DNA of 64,000 nt from Lama guanicoe (Eukaryota): assembly GCA_013239625.1 (NCBI GenBank), contig MU053487.1:1011058-1075057 (forward strand), in the 5' to 3' direction. Shown piece by piece: positions 11,930-24,904 of this stretch. Positions within the stretch are counted from its first letter, which is position 1. Each line of letters begins with the position of its first letter. Position numbers and translations under genes: made by a program. Under the pieces are notes generated by a model. That model was given only the letters and a program-made list of their open reading frames with translations, had not been told where the DNA came from and did no database searches.

Positions 11930-12060
11930 ATTCCAGGACCAGGAGCCAAGAGGCCTGGGTTTCTAGCTGAGCTCTGACCTTCCTAGTTGTGTGATCTTAA
12001 GTAACGTTCTTAGCCTCTTTGAGCCTCAGATTTCTTGTTTTTAATGAAGAGATGTGTGAT
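11930..12060 (+). mobile_element. MIR SINE
   Basis: MIR core ctagttgtgtgatcttaagtaacgttcttagcctctttgagcctcagatttctt. Confidence 0.7.
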
Positions 12061-12379
12061 TCTTAATGGAATTAAATACTTTGCTGACTGTGCAGTGAGA
12101 TCTGCAAATGCAAGTTAGCATTATTAATCAGTGAACTCTCAACCTACAGCCCACCTTGGTGGGCTTATGCCAGACAGCTTAAAAGAGAGCATTCTCTTGA
12201 GGCAACCCCCATTCATATTATGTGGACTTAGGAATATTAGTCAAATCCTGCTCCCTGAAACATAGCTCCAAAAGGATGTGCCAAAGTTTTATAAAATAAA
12301 CTCCGTAACAGCTCTGTCATTAATCAAATGAGATATACTGAAGGGAAAAATATACTGAATGTAAAAGGGAAAAAATAAG

Positions 12380-12595
12380 CTCATATTTATTGATAAGAAT
12401 CCTAGGCACTGGGATAAGTGTTTGACATATATTATCTTATATAATCCTTATAAGTACCCAGAGAGTTATGTTAAAATTCTTCTTTTAATCTCTTTTTGGA
12501 TCAGAGAGATAAATCACTTTGCCCAAAGCCACACAGCTGAAACGTGGCATAGGCATTAATTTACCCAGTTCTGTCTGACTTAAAACATTTTCTTT
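12380..12595 (-). mobile_element. MIR SINE
   Basis: Antisense MIR core cagagagataaatcactttgcccaaagccacacagct...cccagttctgtctgact. Confidence 0.7.
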
Positions 12596-13644
12596 CCTTT
12601 TCATTAAATTACACTGCCATTACCTTCACAAAACTCAGTGTCTTACAAATAGTCAAGTCCAAATCATAAGTACTCGATACAAATGGAAAAGAATAATTAT
12701 ATCTTAAATGGTAAAAGGTATATAATATATACACAATCAATGTCAGAGAAAAAGAGACAAAAATTAAAGGTTACATCAACAAGGTGAAGGGGAATTTTAG
12801 TCAAGTATCAGGTAATTGTAGCTCTGATTTTTTTCTGGAAACATGTAGGTATAGAAATCATTTTTTAAAGCAGGATGTTGCCAGACATGGTCAAGTTACA
12901 AGACAATGCCAAGAAAGCAAAAAGTATTCAGGCTACACTTTGAATATTTCCAATATGAAAATTTGATACAACATAATAAATGGCTCAGCAATTACACAGA
13001 CCAAATAGAATGCTTAGAAACAAAATCTCAATCTAAGAACAAGTTATGTGTTGATTCTTGCTAAACAAGGATGGTAGTCCTCTACTCATGATCAGGCATG
13101 TTTCTATACTGAAACTAGTGTGTCCTAGTGTTTTTTATTTTAATTAAAACATACAATGGAAGAAATGATGGGGCCGTGAACTGACATAGTAATGTTACCC
13201 ATTGTTCATATTTCCATCACCACAGGACAAAGTCACAAGAAAGAGAAACAGTATTCCCAACATCATACGGCTGCTGTGTGATAAATTAGGATGAGAATGA
13301 GTATGTATAAATGATCTGTCTCCTTTACTGTAAAAATAATTCAGATCAATCAAGCACAGAGTTAAGTCTAAAAATAATGGTTTCAAACAGAGTATTAAAT
13401 CAGCATAAGAATGTCGCGAAACAGTAATACTTGGAAGAGATAATGCATAATGTAAATATAATTACATAGTAGTAATCTATATTCTCATATTAAATAATAA
13501 AACTCAGGAAGCTAGGAGAAGCAGTTAGGAAAGAAATTGTGTGTTAAATTCTGTTTGCATGGGTGAATTCAGTAGATACTCATTGATTCTTTATACAGTT
13601 ATTAGAGAATTGTAGGTTCAATTCCATTTTATAAACGTTAAGGG

Positions 13645-13841
13645 TAGTGAGGTGCTAAAGGTGGCTTGCACTGGCTTTTGAGGGCCAGTTGTGTGTATCT
13701 CTTTACACTCTTAGTTCAGTGGTACTATGCTGGTGGCTTAAAATTGGCCATGATGTTAATATTTACACCATCAAATTAGCAAATGCTACAAATCAGAGAG
13801 CCTGTTTTAATTTCTGAGAACCTGTTGGTAATGCACTACTG
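13645..13841 (+). mobile_element. MER63A-like hAT (Blackjack) non-autonomous DNA transposon
   Basis: Recalled consensus words aaaattggccatg...atatttacacca...gcaaatgctacaaatcag; degenerate termini tagtgaggtgc / gcactactg. Confidence 0.7.
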
Positions 13842-14009
13842 CTGAAAGGTTGCTATTAGGAGATGCATACCTTCTTAATCACTGGAAAAAGTAATTAAAA
13901 TAGCACAAGCCTGTGGAAAAAGGCACAAACCAAAGACAAAGTGAGGACACATAAGAGCAGAGAATAACAGGATAATAATGCAAAACAAATCATATTAATG
14001 TACTGTGAG

Positions 14010-14600
14010 TGGAAAAGGAGGGGCAAGTGTTCTAGGCAGAGGAGACTGCATCCAGAAAGATCTGGAGGCAGAGACTGAGGAGTGTTTGAGGTCCTGAAAG
14101 CAGCTTGGTGTTGAAAGGGACAAGAGTTTAGAGAGAGAGAGTGGGTTAGCAGGCAGATTAAAGATGGTCTTTTATGTCACATCAAGGAATTCAGATTTCT
14201 TCTTAAGGGCGAATGGAGGTCCCTGAATACTTTAGGTAGGAGAAAGAGATGATCAGATTTGGGTCAAATGAAGCTTTTCTTGCCTAGTGGATGGAAAATA
14301 GAGTGAGGGCAGAGAGGTGAGGAAGGGCGGAGTGAAGGAGCCCCCAGGTAGGAGGCGGATGTCTACTCCTGGAAGAGTCATGGTGGTCAACTGAGTAAGT
14401 GGGTACATTTTGCACCCCACTTGGTGATTGTGTTTGGGGGAATTGTGGCACTGGGTAGTTGGGAATGATGGCAAAGTTTATAGTTTGGCAACTGGGTAAT
14501 GATGATGGTGTTAAGGAAAGGAAAGTAGATTGCAGCGGGCTTTGGAAATGCTGAATATGACCTGTTTGCGATAGCCCAGTGGATACATTCAGAAAAGAGC
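14010..14600 (-). mobile_element. L2 LINE relic
   Basis: Antisense L2 3' region text (gttctaggcagagg...tcaaggaattcagatttcttcttaagggcgaatggag...gatgatcagattt). Confidence 0.6.
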
Positions 14601-14655
14601 AGAATTGTCATACGCCGACTTACTGAGCTTCAAAGCCTGAAGTGCAGCCTGTAGG

Positions 14656-14775
14656 AGGAAATAGAGAAGAGACTGACAGAGACACAGTGGTGGTGGAACA
14701 GTTCACCTCTGAGACAGGGAACAGAAAAGAGACTGACAGAGACATCGTGATGCTGGGACAGTTCACCTCTGAGAT
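14656..14775. repeat. Tandem duplication, 2 x 60 bp
   Basis: 14656-14715 vs 14716-14775 align without gaps, 51/60 identical by hand count. Confidence 0.95.
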
Positions 14776-14879
14776 GAGGACTTACGAGATACACGTGCAG
14801 AGGTCAGAAATCTATAGAGGATCTGAGTAATGTAATCAGTAAGGTTTATCTCTTAGAGATAGACTTACCTATATCCAAT

Positions 14880-15800
14880 AAGCACCCTAACTGGAAATTG
14901 TTCTAAGTTTTCTCTTTGACCACAAGGCAGTGCAACTTCCAATTAGTTTAAAAAGAAAAATAAATGAAACTATTACTACAAAAAATTTTAAATCCCTTCA
15001 AAGAATGTTTACTTCAAAGGTAATAAAAGTGGATATTTTAGTACATTTAACCATAATAATAAAAAATAACAATAGTTGTAATAGTCCAGATGCTATGCAT
15101 TAAAAAAGCCACATAAAACAGCTAAGTGCCTACATTAGGAAACAAAAATAAATGTACAAGCACCTATATCAAGAAGTTAGCAAAAAGAAGATCAAGTAAC
15201 TTTGAGAAAAGCAGGAGTAAGGAAATAATTAAATTAAGACAGAAATAGATTTCTTAGAAAATGGGAAAACAGCAGAATTAGTAGTAAAACCAAGAGCTTA
15301 TTTGGAAAACCAAGTGGAACAAAGTGGGTAACCCCAAACTTGACTAATGAAATAAATTAAAAAGGGGGAGCAGATGAAGGAGCAAGTATATATACACAGA
15401 CGTAGAAATGAGAAATTCCCCTCTGTACAGAAGAGATCATGAGAACACCACAGAAATTTTCTACAAAACTCTCTTCAAATAAATCTGAGTAGCTAGATGA
15501 AATGGATAATTTTCTAGGAAAATACAAATTACAAAACTTAAACCTGAATGATACAGAAGACTTCTGCGTGGGCAAACACGCAAGGATATTGAGGAAGTTT
15601 TAAAGATTTCTTCCTGAAAACAGTGCCAGGCACAGATGGTTTCCTGGGTGAAGTCTTTCAACCTTCAAGGAATAGAAACTTGAATACTATTTGACTTGTT
15701 CCCAACCACAGAGAAAAAAGGAAAGCTTCCAAATTATTTTTCAAAAGCCAACGTAACATTGATTCCAAAACCTTAGCATGGGAGCACAGAAAACTTGAGA
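14880..15800 (+). mobile_element. Old L1 (L1M-type) ORF2 relic, endonuclease end to start of RT
   Basis: Frameshifted remnants of ORF2 motifs: ctagatgaaatggataattttcta (LDEMDNFL), ccaggcacagatggtttc (PGTDGF, cf. PGPDGF), acattgattccaaaacct (TLIPKP). Confidence 0.8.
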
Positions 15801-18304
15801 CAAATTTCCATGATGAACAGAAGGATTGAAGTTCCACAGATACAGAAGGGTCCTGAGTCCTTTTAGTTCAATTTTTTAAAACAATCGGAAGAATTGGGCA
15901 GAAACAGTCGCCATTTGTGTGAAAGATCATATATAGTGTTCTTATATCTAAGAATATATATAAATATTTATTTTAATTATTTTATGACTAAATGTAATTT
16001 AGTTTTTTAAGACTTTTCATTATAACAACAGCAAAATAACAAAGTTTATTGAGTATTCTATTTGTTGTTGGATTCTTAGCTCTTTTTTTATCATCAGGAA
16101 AACTCCAGATAAGAGCTATTATTTATATATATTATTTATATATATAATAATGTAAATATGAGGAGTCTGAGCCACGCCAAGTGTATTTCACAGCTAGCAC
16201 GTGGTAGAGCAAGACCAAGGCAGACCATCTCCAGAGACTCTTCTCATCTTTGAAATGAATTTCAGTCAGTAAATTTACCATTGTCAGGCACCCTGAAGGA
16301 AATCTTGTGCTGTGCAAACCCCAAGTGCTGGAGAAAGCACATTTCCATACGATCTGGGTGTGACTTTTATGCTCCCATGAAATACATGGATTTGTGGTAA
16401 CTGAGTAAAATACAGGCTGGTTAAGGACAGAGCTGTGCACCGAAGCCAACAAAGTCGAAACCTCAAGAAGATGAGCTGAGATCAGTATGTATCAAGGGAA
16501 TGAGGCAGTGACACCCATGCCATTTGTAGAAAGATGGCTGTGTTGGTCTTGGGCCAGAGGATGCTTTTTTGTGCCAGTGATTCATAGGACAACAGAAGTA
16601 GTAGACAAACTTATGGCTGCATGTACATATGGGGATGTCTTCAGATCATGTCTTTGACTTTTGAAAGATTCTCAAAAAAGGTTATACATTCACAAAAGGT
16701 CGCACATCCCTGCTGCAGATAGGAATGAGGTGAGGGAAGAGTACGAGGGTCCAGGAAGCAAAGGAAGTAGCCTGAATGGCTGTATGTTTCCAGGATGTAC
16801 TCACCTGGGAAAAGAGTGCCTCCTGCCCTGTGCTCTTTTCTTCCCTCCTGGGCATCTTTGCCTTCCTGATCTCTCCTGTCCATTCTATGGACGTAGCAGT
16901 GGGAGTACCATTTCTTGTATTTCAGCTTTTATGCCTATGCTGGGGTGTGTGTGTGTATGTGTGTGTATGTGTCTGTTATGTCTGCCAGTGACCTGGTAGA
17001 TTGCATAAATGTTCTGCTACTTCTCATTCTGGCCCTGAGGCCCAATCCATTAGATGGAGAACCAGTAACAGAAGCAGGAGACAGATGCAGGGATGAAGCT
17101 GAGATAAAAGATTGGTATGCATTCCTTATTTCCACAGATTTAAAATCACAGGGCTTTTAATAATGATCCGTGTTTTGCCAGGACTAAGTATTCACTTGGT
17201 GTTTCAGTTCTTTGACCCAGTGCCTTCATATGGAGCCACATCATTTGGGATTTTAAAAAGTAAATTGGAAAACTCATATTTCCCATGCTAGTTCCAGAAA
17301 AAAAAAAACCCAACAAAAAACAAAGAGTATGGCTGGATGCTCACAAGAGTCCCCATGTAGGGTGGGTTATCAGGTAGAAAATTATCTCTTACTAAGGAAG
17401 TTTTCTTTTCAAACTTTCTCAGTGTGAACCTTCATAGACACAGCCAGAAAAGGAGTGCTGTATTGCTATACAGCTAGAATGTACTGTTGGAGGTGGGGTG
17501 TGTGATGTCTTTATTTTAAACAACACCATATCCTACTTGGAAATAAGGGAGCTGAGAGCAGGAGAGAAGGTGGTGAAAAAGCAGCAGGAGGAGAGAATCC
17601 AAGGGGGAAAAAAAAACACAAAATTGTCTCCAGCAAGAGAATAAATTAAAAAAACTGCAGGAATTACTTATCAGTGGAATCTCAAAGGCCTCATAAAAAG
17701 TAACTCTTTGATTTACCTTCTCTGTTTCCTGTAGTGGCTGCCAAACAAAATTTTAAAAATGGGCCTATGAAACTAGTGAGACTGAGACAGACATAAAGCA
17801 TGCTTCAGAGGCTCAGCTTTTAAGTGCCTTTCCACTTAATTGTCTTTGGTTGCCAACGACAGAGGGGTGGAGAGGGAGAAGAGGCAGGGCTGTTTTCAAA
17901 TACTTGCAGGCGATCTCAAGACTCAGCATCCTGCCTGGTGCATGCTGATGGCTGCCCTCCTGTGTGTTCACTCTGCCCCAACTTTGCAGCCTCCTCCTAG
18001 CTGGGCTTAGGCCAGCTCTCAGGTTATTATGGATTGCCAGAGAGGGAAACATTTAGGAGAAGTCTATCAGCATAACTCTGTCTAGAAATATCACTCAGTA
18101 TTTCCCAGCCTTTTTGATGAGGCCTTGGTTGGACATAATCCAGGAGTGGGAAGGGGAAATAAAAAAAATCTCTCCTCTCTACCTCAGTTCCACTCTTTGG
18201 TGATGGTGTAGCTCTCTGTCCCTTTGATGATCATAACATACTAACAACACTGCTCATCTGCAATGAATGTTTATCACACACCTCCTGGAACAGTTCTATC
18301 TTAA

Positions 18305-18770
18305 TATAGTGATGTTGTGAAACAACCACAAATCACAGTAGTACACAAGAATAAGAGACTGCTGTGTCTGGAATCAGTTGGAGAACAGTTAAGTGACTGC
18401 TAATGCTGGCTGGGCTCACTCACGAGTCTGCAGATTAGCTGGCTGGCTGTTGACTAATCTAGAATGGCCCCAGTTGGGGCAGCTGGGATGACTTGGCTAT
18501 CCTCCACTGGACCAGCCTGAGTATGTTTGTGAATTGTGATGGCAGAGCTCAAGAGAGCAGGCAGAAACACACAAAACCCCTTGAGATGTAGGTCCAGACC
18601 TAGGACGCTGTTCCTTCTGCCACATTTTCTTGGCCAATGCAAGATACAGACTAGTTCAAATTCAAAGGATAGGATAGGAAAGTAGACTTTCTTTCTTTAG
18701 TGAGAGGAGCTGCAGAATCACATGCACAAGGACACAGGAAAGGGGTAAAAAAATAGGGTCATCATTGTAG
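18305..18770 (-). mobile_element. MLT1-type MaLR solo LTR
   Basis: Antisense MLT1-like words (gctgggctcactcacgagtctgcag, ttctgccacattttcttggccaatgcaag, gagaggagctgcagaatcacatg). Confidence 0.75.
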
Positions 18771-19018
18771 AAACCTAGAGCTTCTTTGACCTCAAGCCTC
18801 TTTCCCTTCCTACCATGTGACACACAGGAAGCTCACCCTTGCTAGGAAGAAAGGACCGTCAGTCCTGACTATTTCATCATGTATTCCACTCTCAGGTGTT
18901 TCCTGGCCCCATAGCTCCTTGTGAAAAACAGTGGTGGTGTTTAAATGTATAGAGGAAGTTGAAGTTCTTTCATTAAACCTTCTAACCTGGCTACAAGCAG
19001 AATGGCACTAAAACCCGG

Positions 19019-19441
19019 ACAGTGAGGATGCTGTTGGTTCCCCACTCAGATCCCAGTCCCCAGCCTCTATGAAAATTGGCCACCAATGGCCCATAGCAGT
19101 CCTCTTCTCCAGGAGAGTTTATTCAAGCCAAGGCTGCCTTGCTTCAGGAGTTAGGCATATACCCCCACCCCTACCCCAGCTGACTTTAGCCAATGATTGG
19201 ATGAAATAAGAGTATAAAAGACTGCCCTTTTGTCTGAAGGGGAAACCAACTCTGGTTTAACTTGAGCTCTGGAATGCCCCACGAGATCAGCCTGAAGTTA
19301 GCCTTTAGCTGAGAGGACATCCTTGGACCTCATCTTCTCCTGCTTACTTCACTCCCGTTCTCCTGAGAGTATCCCATCAATAAATTATGTGCAATTAAAC
19401 CCTTGTTTCAGGTTCTGCTTCTTGAAGCCCAAACTAAGACA
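19019..19441 (+). mobile_element. LTR16C-like ERVL solo LTR
   Basis: Resembles recalled LTR16C along its length; CCAAT 19190-19194, TATAAAA 19213-19219, AATAAA 19379-19384, terminal ctaagaca at 19441. Confidence 0.75.
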
Positions 19442-20039
19442 GCCATGTAACATACAAAGTGGGGAAGGCATTATCCTCCTCCTCATCAAAGTCCTACTTG
19501 CAGTTCTGGCTCTAGGGTAGCTCCAGTGCAATAGAGGTAGTTTCTAGCTAAGGGGCAGCAGTGCCCAGCAGGCCATGGAAGGGTGGCTGGCTGAGCCGTG
19601 GTGGTGCCAGAAATGTTTAGAATCATCAGTCTTCCCTGTGAGGCACCCTAGAGGTTCTCAGACATAACTGGTTGAGACTTGGAGAAAGGAGAAGGGAAAG
19701 AGGACCTGTGTAAGTAAGAGAAGAAAACTACCCAGTAACATTGGGGTTATTAATGTCAATGTAAGTCCATCTTTACTAACTAATCCAATCCGGTGAAACC
19801 CAGTAGAGCTTGGCTTAGATTTGCATCCTAAGTAAGCCCAGGGAGGTTTTTGTTTTTGTTTTTGTATTTTTTTGGTGCAGCTGCTGAACCAAAGTATGTT
19901 TTTCTGTGTGAGATCTAAGGATGAAGACATATTGTAGTATCTGTTTTTCAAAAGAGCTACTGTCTATCTCCGTGTCTCCACTGGAGCCCCAGCAACCTGG
20001 TGAAATTAAGAGTATTAAGTCTGCTGTTAATGAGCACTT

Positions 20040-20580
20040 AAGCTTTCATATTCCCCATCAACCTAGTAACTAGTATCCTGCCTCAGTCTTTATCCTCTAA
20101 TCCATTCTCCAAATGATGGTCAGATTGATTTTGTAAAAGTTAGTTCTTATCTTATTACTGCTCAGAATAAATTCTCCCCTTCCCTTTGATGACAAGTTAA
20201 AGTTCAAACTACCTATTACAGCATAAAAGGCATCTTTTGGGGTGGTCCCCAATGCCTTTCCAGCCTTGCTGTTCACTTTTTGCTGGGTCTAGACTGTGCT
20301 ATAGGCTGTTTGCTGAGCAGGCCAATAGTCTTGCCCTGATGATCCTGCATGCATGATTTTCCTTGACTTGGTGTGTCCTACTTTATATTCTATGACTGGT
20401 AAACTACTAATCGTCTTTCATGATTCACCTTCATCCGCACCTCTTTGTGGAGTGTATCTTGACCATATTAATATCATTTCTACCTCAGGATATATTATAT
20501 ACTCATTATATTCATTCAGAGCACCTAAGACACTTTGAACCTACATCTATCATAAAAATTATTTGATGGATGAATAAATT
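20040..20580 (+). mobile_element. L2 LINE relic
   Basis: Sense L2-like text (ctctaatccattctcca...aaagttcaaactacctattacagcataaaaggc). Confidence 0.5.
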
Positions 20581-21257
20581 AGAATGCATAACTCTTCTAG
20601 AAAACCTGCCTAAACTCTGAAACTCAGTATAGCAAACAAGCAAAAAATACGCAAAATGTTTCAAGTGCAGTGAGCAAAACAATTTACATGAGCTTCAGGC
20701 CACACTCACTTTTTTATTTAAGTTCAGCTAGTTTGATTCCTTGATGTTACTTATAATATAAAGTCTGAATTGCAGAATTTGGGAACTTTTTTGGTTTTTG
20801 GTAGTGTGAACACCAAATAGGTAGACAATGAATCACATCAAATCCAGCTCAAAGGAATAAGCCAAGCCCCTTCTCTTTATTAATGTATATATTTTATTCT
20901 GTCCTCTTCCAAATTTAGGTCAAACACATCAGTATAACTCACACTAATTAAAAAGTTAAAAATTTTAGCATGAGATGTGGGAAGCTTTAGTGGTTTTTCT
21001 TTAGGGTTTTAGAGTGGTTTGCTGTGGAGAAAGGGGGTGGGAGGGGGGAAGCTCTTGTAGGTACAGCCCGTGTCCATCAGTGCTGTATTATAACCCTGAA
21101 GTGGATCTGGCGGTTGAGTTTCTTAACAAAAGGATATTGTCCATATATATTCTCCTTGATATCCAGCATCAAATCACCAAAGGTGGGTCATCACTGAAGA
21201 AACACAAAACCTCACTAGGTAGAGGAAGGTGAAGGATCACACTTGCATCCCTCTCTG

Positions 21258-21440
21258 AGGCTCTCTAGTTTTAGTATGTGTAAGAATCTTAAGTGGAACT
21301 TGATACAGATGCCTCAGCTTAACCACTCAGAAAATTCTGATTCAGTGAGATTGTGGTCAGGAAATCTAAAAATCATTTTTACCTAAATGCCTGAGACAAT
21401 TCTCCAACAGGAGAAATGTTCACCACACCTTGAACACTTG
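21258..21440. mobile_element. MER5-like hAT-Charlie DNA transposon relic
   Basis: cagaaaattctgattcagtgag core and accacaccttgaa end resemble MER5. Confidence 0.55.
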
Positions 21441-21559
21441 TGGCTCTAACTCTTCTCTAATCACAAAAGCTCTAAAAACCCTGGGTAAAAAAAGGAAGAC
21501 AAAATACCATTTTTACGTAAGAGCAGGTCAATTGCATGGTTGGTCATTTCAGTCACTCT

Positions 21560-24120
21560 CTTGCATAGATCTTCATCTCACTTGCCCCTCTGACTGTTAT
21601 ACTCAACTCACTTGGTAAAACCACATTCTTGATGAAACTCAACTCTCTGGTCACTTCACAACTGCATTCATGCAACAGAGTGTGGCAGAGAAAAACTTAA
21701 AACTCATAGCCTTGCTGACTGACCTCCCTTCTGGCTCTGACGATGACTGGCTTTCATCAAGCTTAGACTCCCATTGAAAACAATTCTGGAAGATGGACAA
21801 CATGAATGAAAGGTATATAGTATGGTTTGAAGGCATTTGATGGTAACCAATCCAGGCAGGACTTGAGGGGCTACAACCATTGAGAGAAAGAAACTCAGTA
21901 GCTCTAGTTTTTTACTGGACATTTTCCAATTTGTTAAGTGGAGAAATGAGCCCAGAGAGAAAGAGGCAGCCGTGCTGGGCTGATGAAACATATGTTGGAG
22001 CTCAGAGCTTTCCAGACTGTGGGAACTTCAGAGGTGAAGTCCCAGAGGGAATTTTGTCACTTCTTCTTCTCAAAAACATCCCCTTGACTCTACTCACTGC
22101 AGGTGGCAGCCATGAAGGTGTACTTCCTGGATCTTCCTTCAAGAAGGAACTTGGTGAGGAGTTCATTTAGTATACAGCCTTCAGGTGCAGCACCTTCAAG
22201 ATCTTCCTGAACTTTTGAGCCAAAGCTCTGCTCTTCCCATGCACACCTCAGGTGGTGACTTAGCACAGTGGGCTACGAAAGCTTGGCTCTTTGTGCACCA
22301 TGCAAGATTCTTGCATAGCAGTCATTTCACCAGAGCTCCCTGATGGGCTGGCTGGGACTTGGCTGAGAGCTGCACTGTAGTGTGAGGCTCTTACTGCTGA
22401 CTTCTTCTTTCTTCCTCAATCTCCTTTCACAGATCTCAGGCTTGCATCATGGCCTGAAAATTCTCTCTTTCTGCTGCCTTCCTCAATATTTCATAGTTTC
22501 ACTTTTCATTCTATTTTGTATCTGTTTACTGGGAGCCTAGGTGGCATACTCCACCAGCTACTACCTCAATCCTTTGCTCCTTTTTTAGCAAAAAATTCAC
22601 CAAAAAGTTGTTAAACTCACTGCCTATAATTTCTCTCTTCCTGTTGGTTTTTAAGTCATTCTAGCCACGTCTTAACAAACCCCCCACCCACCAATCACCA
22701 TCACTTGCCGCATATACGCATATTCACATCCTCCTTGGAAGGAGCTCTCATCAAAGTTACTAATGACCATTTCTACATCCCTAAACCCCAGGCTCAATTC
22801 TCAGCCATCAGCTGATTTGCTAAAGTGAATCACTCCCTCTATCTGGATGATACACATTTTCATATGATTTCAATGACATCATTCTCTTTCTCTCTCAGTC
22901 TCTGTCTGTCTGTCTGCTTGCCTGTGTCTGTTTCTCCTGCTCTTTTTATTCACATATTTCAGTGGCAACTCTTTCTAAATCTTCACTGTGATTCTTCCTT
23001 CTAAGTTTAGAGTGCCCTAGAGCTCCAGGCTTGGGCATTTTTTCTTCTCCATTTACTGCCATGTCCTAGGTAATTTCACCAAGTCCAATACATTTAAATG
23101 CTGACAATCCCCAACCAACGTATAAGCCAGCCAACCTCCTCTCTTCTCACATTTCACATTCCACCTGCCGCCTTCTTGGAGGTTTGAACTTCAACTCGAG
23201 ATGTCTGATCTTCATTCTGTCCCTCAGCTTCCTCCTCTCAGTTTATGATGAGTCCATCCTTCAATCTGCTCAGGTCCCAAATTCTTGAAGCCACTTTCTC
23301 TCACAGTCTGCATCCAATCCTGTCGGCACTAGCTTCAAAATATACCGAGTATGTGTAGAAATGGACCAGTCTTAACCTTCTCCACTAATACTTTGCTGGC
23401 CTGGGACACTGGCACTTCTCCCCTGGATGATTACAGGAACAGAGGTCTTAGGTCCTCCTCTTGTCTCCATCTATAGTTTATTCTCAGCGCAGCAGCCCAG
23501 GAGAACTCTTTAAGTATAAAACATGTTACTTCTCTACTCCACATTTCTAGTGGTTCCCAATTTCACTCCTAGTTAAAGCCAGAGTCCGTACAAAGGCCTC
23601 CTTCTTTCTCTCACCTCCTGACACTTCTCTGACCTCTCCTTCTGTTAGTCTCTCTCTCAGCCACGCTGGCTTCCTTGCCATTTTCCTAAAGCACCAGGTA
23701 CGTTCCTGCCTCAGGGCTTCTCCGTATCTGTTCCCTCTGAGTTGATTGCTTGTCCCTGGGGACAATCCTGAACACCCTCATCAGTGGTGCTTCCAGAGCA
23801 CTATTCCCTAATGTTCCTCATCCCTATCCTAGTCACCAGCTTTTGTCCCAAGACTTATCACTGTCTAGCCTGCCATACAGTTATCTTACTCATTGTGTTT
23901 ACTGTTTATTATCTATTTATTGTTTATTGATGGATTCATGAATCAGATTGAAAGATTTTTCTAGATATTCTGCCTCAACTCAGAAAGCACCTAAAATAAT
24001 GCACAAAATGGTATAAGTTGAGGGAGGAGTAAGCTGCATGAGAGCAAGGACATTTGGCCCTTTTGTTCCCATATGATCTGTATTCAGTGTGTGGTACATA
24101 GCAGGTGCTCAGTGATTATT
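21560..24120 (+). mobile_element. Long fragmented L2 LINE, interrupted by later insertions
   Basis: Pyrimidine-rich L2 ORF2/3' text: ctctcatcaaagttactaatgacc, ccaggtacgttcctgcctcagggc, terminal tggtacatagcaggtgctcagt. Confidence 0.75.
22102..22546 (+). mobile_element. LTR16A-like ERVL solo LTR inside the L2
   Basis: gtggcagccatg...tccttcaagaaggaac...acagccttcaggtgcagcaccttcaagatc...cagagctccctgatgggctggctgggactt resemble recalled LTR16A. Confidence 0.7.
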
Positions 24121-24512
24121 AAGGTGGCCAAAGAGCAGATGAGCATTCAAGGGAGTCTGACCAAAGATTATGCCTTGATGCAAAGGTCCTGTTTGTGTTA
24201 TTTCATTTAGCCTCCAAATACCCTGTTGAACCTCCTCAGCAGGCAACATCTGTTTTTTTTTTCCAAAGCTTTTTCAAATATGGTTTCTGGGCATATTCCC
24301 ATCTGGCACTAAACCTACCTGAAGCTTCTCAGTTAAGTAACGTGAGATTTTAGTTATGCTCGTAAGTATTCCAGAAATAATAATAATTTGTCAGGAGTAA
24401 ATGTATCAGAAATTCATAAATGACTGTTGTAGGTGCCTTTGTTCCATGTTGAAATTGCACATCTTTCAAAAGTCACAGGGCTGTAGCACAGTTTTAAAAC
24501 AGTGATGTTGGC

Positions 24513-24530
24513 GATGATGATGATGATGAT
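24513..24530. repeat. (GAT)6 microsatellite
   Basis: Read directly from the sequence. Confidence 0.9.
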
Positions 24531-24904
24531 ACTTTTTTTTTTCAGCTGAATTGAGAATTGGGTGAGTCCACACGTGGAAGCCCTGGCTACTTTTCGGAGC
24601 ATGGCAGGGCTTTCATGCATGCTGATGTCACTTCCTTCCTGCTGCTGTAAAGGAGAACCTTTACTGCCCCCAGCGTCTCCTCCCTCCTTGTCTCATGCTC
24701 TTCTTTTCAGTGAAACTTTCTGGGTGATAATTTATTTCACTGGACATGTCTTTCCCTTTGGCAGAGTTTCAAAGGATGAATGAATGCTTTTTCACTCATC
24801 TGGTAATTAGATTTCCTCCATATTTCATCCTTGGAGTGTACTTCAAGCTTCCATGGGTTTTGCTGTTTTATCCCTTCTTTGAACTTGGCATTATAGTGGT
24901 GCCC

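Noticed and set aside
14656..14775. CRISPR-like or satellite array
   Set aside because: Only two abutting units with no spacers, in a mammalian genome.
15809..15857. C/D-box-like words (ATGATGA...CTGA), also near 26155 and 37507
   Set aside because: Too short for snoRNAs, no terminal stems or recognisable guide sequences; expected by chance.
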